From: Aciduliprofundum boonei T469
GTDB taxonomy: Archaea > Thermoplasmatota > Thermoplasmata > Thermoplasmatales > Aciduliprofundaceae
Assembly: GCF_000025665.1 (NCBI RefSeq)
Contig: NC_013926.1
Coordinates: 30,001-62,000 of the forward strand
Length of the DNA: 32,000 nucleotides
Direction: 5' to 3'
In this document: in pieces, positions 30,703 to 32,000 of the stretch
How the letters are laid out: each line of letters begins with the position of its first letter
How positions within the stretch are numbered: position 1 is the stretch's first letter
Made by a program: the position numbers and the translations under genes
The notes under the pieces: generated by a model
The model's input: the letters and a program-made list of their open reading frames with translations, nothing else
Databases searched by the model: none
What the model was told of the DNA's origin: nothing

Positions 30703-32000
30703 TTATTTTACAAGTTCTAAAAATTTATATGCTTCAACACCTTCATTGAAGCAGTAATGGATGGTGTTGAACTCTTCTTTTAATTCTTTTACATCTTTCT
30801 TCACACCTTCTATATCTCCATCCACTGCAACTCTCTTTATCAACTCTGCTACATATTTCATTTCATTCTCTTTCATACCTAAACGGGTTAATTCCTGCAC
30901 CCCGAGCCTTATCCCGCTTGGATTTCTAGGCTTCTTTGGATCATCATAGGGCAATAGATTGTAATTACAGATAATATTTGCCTTCTCTAAATCCTCGGCA
31001 ACCTTTCTTCCACCACCTTGAGCCACCACATCCACAAGTACCGTATGGCTCTTCGTAAATCCATTTTTCTCTCCAAGCACCTTGAATCCAAGCTCGTACA
31101 ATTCTTGAGCCAATGTTTGAGCATTCTTCACAACTTGCTCTGCATACTGCTTTCCAAATTCGATATGCTCAGCAAGGGTTATGGCCAGAGCAGCCATATG
31201 GTGCAAATGATGATTGCTTATCACTCCCGGAAAAACGCCCCGTTGAATTTTCTTCCAAAACTTATCCCTTTTCTCCTCATCCCCGGGAGGATTTGCCAGT
31301 ATCATTCCCCTCTGCGGTCCGGGAAGAGTTTTGTGGGTACTTCCCGTCATAACATGAGCTCCCTCCCTCAAAGGATCTTGGAACTGTCCACCCGCGATTA
31401 ATCCAAGAACATGGGCTCCATCATACCATACCGTCGTGCCTGCTTCTTGGAAAGCATCTTGCAATTCTTTTAAAGGTGCGGGGAATAGAAAAACGCTCAT
31501 TCCAAACAGGGCTACCTTGGGTTTTACTATTTTTATCAGCTTCGCACTCATATCAACATCTATGTTCATCTCCTCCACATCAAATGGATACTCTATCTTG
31601 TGAACTCCTCTCATTCCCACAGCTCCAAATTTTGCACTGCTTATATGGGCCCCACCTTGCAATGGAGGACCTGTTATAACATCTCCCGGCTTTGTTAATG
31701 CGAAGAGTACTGCTTGATTTGCATTTGTTCCACTTATTGGGCGAACATCGGCATAATCCACCTTGAACAACTTTTTTGCAAGCTCTGTGGTTAGTTCTTC
31801 AATCTGATCAACATAGATATTGCCCTGATAATAACGCTTACCTGGAAGTCCTTCAGCATATCTGTTATGCAAATCCGATATCAAGAATTCTTGAGCCATA
31901 GGACTTATTAAATTCTCAGAGGCAATCATCGGAAGCGAGTCACGAAACCACTCTGTATGCTTTTTAACAAGCTCTTTTATTTTTAGGGCATCTTCTAGAC
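30703..32000 (-). CDS. glyA: Serine hydroxymethyltransferase, N-terminus beyond the right window edge
   Basis: IASENLISP...RYYQG...GSTHKTLPGPQRG (the PLP lysine motif) is present. The frame stays open upstream of the track's M at 31929 (...LEDALKIKELVKKHTEWFRDSLPMIASEN) to the window end. Confidence 0.9.
   Translation of the reverse strand, partial: LEDALKIKELVKKHTEWFRDSLPMIASENLISPMAQEFLISDLHNRYAEGLPGKRYYQGNIYVDQIEELTTELAKKLFKVDYADVRPISGTNANQAVLFALTKPGDVITGPPLQGGAHISSAKFGAVGMRGVHKIEYPFDVEEMNIDVDMSAKLIKIVKPKVALFGMSVFLFPAPLKELQDAFQEAGTTVWYDGAHVLGLIAGGQFQDPLREGAHVMTGSTHKTLPGPQRGMILANPPGDEEKRDKFWKKIQRGVFPGVISNHHLHHMAALAITLAEHIEFGKQYAEQVVKNAQTLAQELYELGFKVLGEKNGFTKSHTVLVDVVAQGGGRKVAEDLEKANIICNYNLLPYDDPKKPRNPSGIRLGVQELTRLGMKENEMKYVAELIKRVAVDGDIEGVKKDVKELKEEFNTIHYCFNEGVEAYKFLELVK

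Noticed and set aside
1-32000. CRISPR arrays, IS elements, rRNA genes, C/D-box sRNAs
   Set aside because: I saw no regularly spaced direct repeats and no transposase-like ORFs. Apart from the two tRNAs there are no GC-rich structured stretches. All TGATGA (C-box-like) occurrences I checked lie inside coding regions without a properly spaced CTGA D box. This was a visual scan only, so covariance-model searches could still find small RNAs.

Overview
AT-rich, very gene-dense archaeal chromosome segment with eS19/eL39/eL31/aIF6, a GINS-like gene, deoxyhypusine synthase, TATA-type promoters and many apparently leaderless genes. It is euryarchaeal-looking, possibly Thermoplasmata/DHVE2/Thermococci-like, but the lineage cannot be fixed without a search. 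I support about 45 protein genes and 2 tRNAs. These include three features the ORF track misses or mis-starts: eL39 (51 aa), an edge-truncated RND-type exporter, and an edge-truncated SHMT. Most of the window is housekeeping: a ribosomal-protein operon, TyrRS, HisRS, DHS, carbamate kinase, a four-subunit 2-oxoacid:ferredoxin oxidoreductase, SHMT, and PiT, MATE and CDF transporters. I saw no CRISPR array, transposase, integrase or rRNA. The most interesting region is 16.15-18.7 kb. It holds a CDF metal transporter with an extra C-terminal NifX-like domain, followed by a tight four-gene operon. That operon encodes three tiny, extremely Arg/Gly/Tyr-rich low-complexity proteins (DUF5320-like, one membrane-anchored) and a NifX-like protein with a proline linker and coiled-coil tail. 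Both transcription units carry an identical 24-nt promoter-proximal sequence. Other points of interest are two single-domain KaiC-like ATPase modules (one with a Walker-A-less paralog, one with a zinc-ribbon partner), a 7TM-DUF835 receptor-like protein, and an orphan archaellin-family protein with three FN3-like domains inserted. There is also a (D/N/H)PPY methyltransferase with permuted motif order and no restriction partner, a tRNA-Thr ending 3 nt before a start codon, and a possible frameshift or uORF at 23.44 kb. All family assignments come from motifs read by eye, with no database search, and need HMM/BLAST confirmation.
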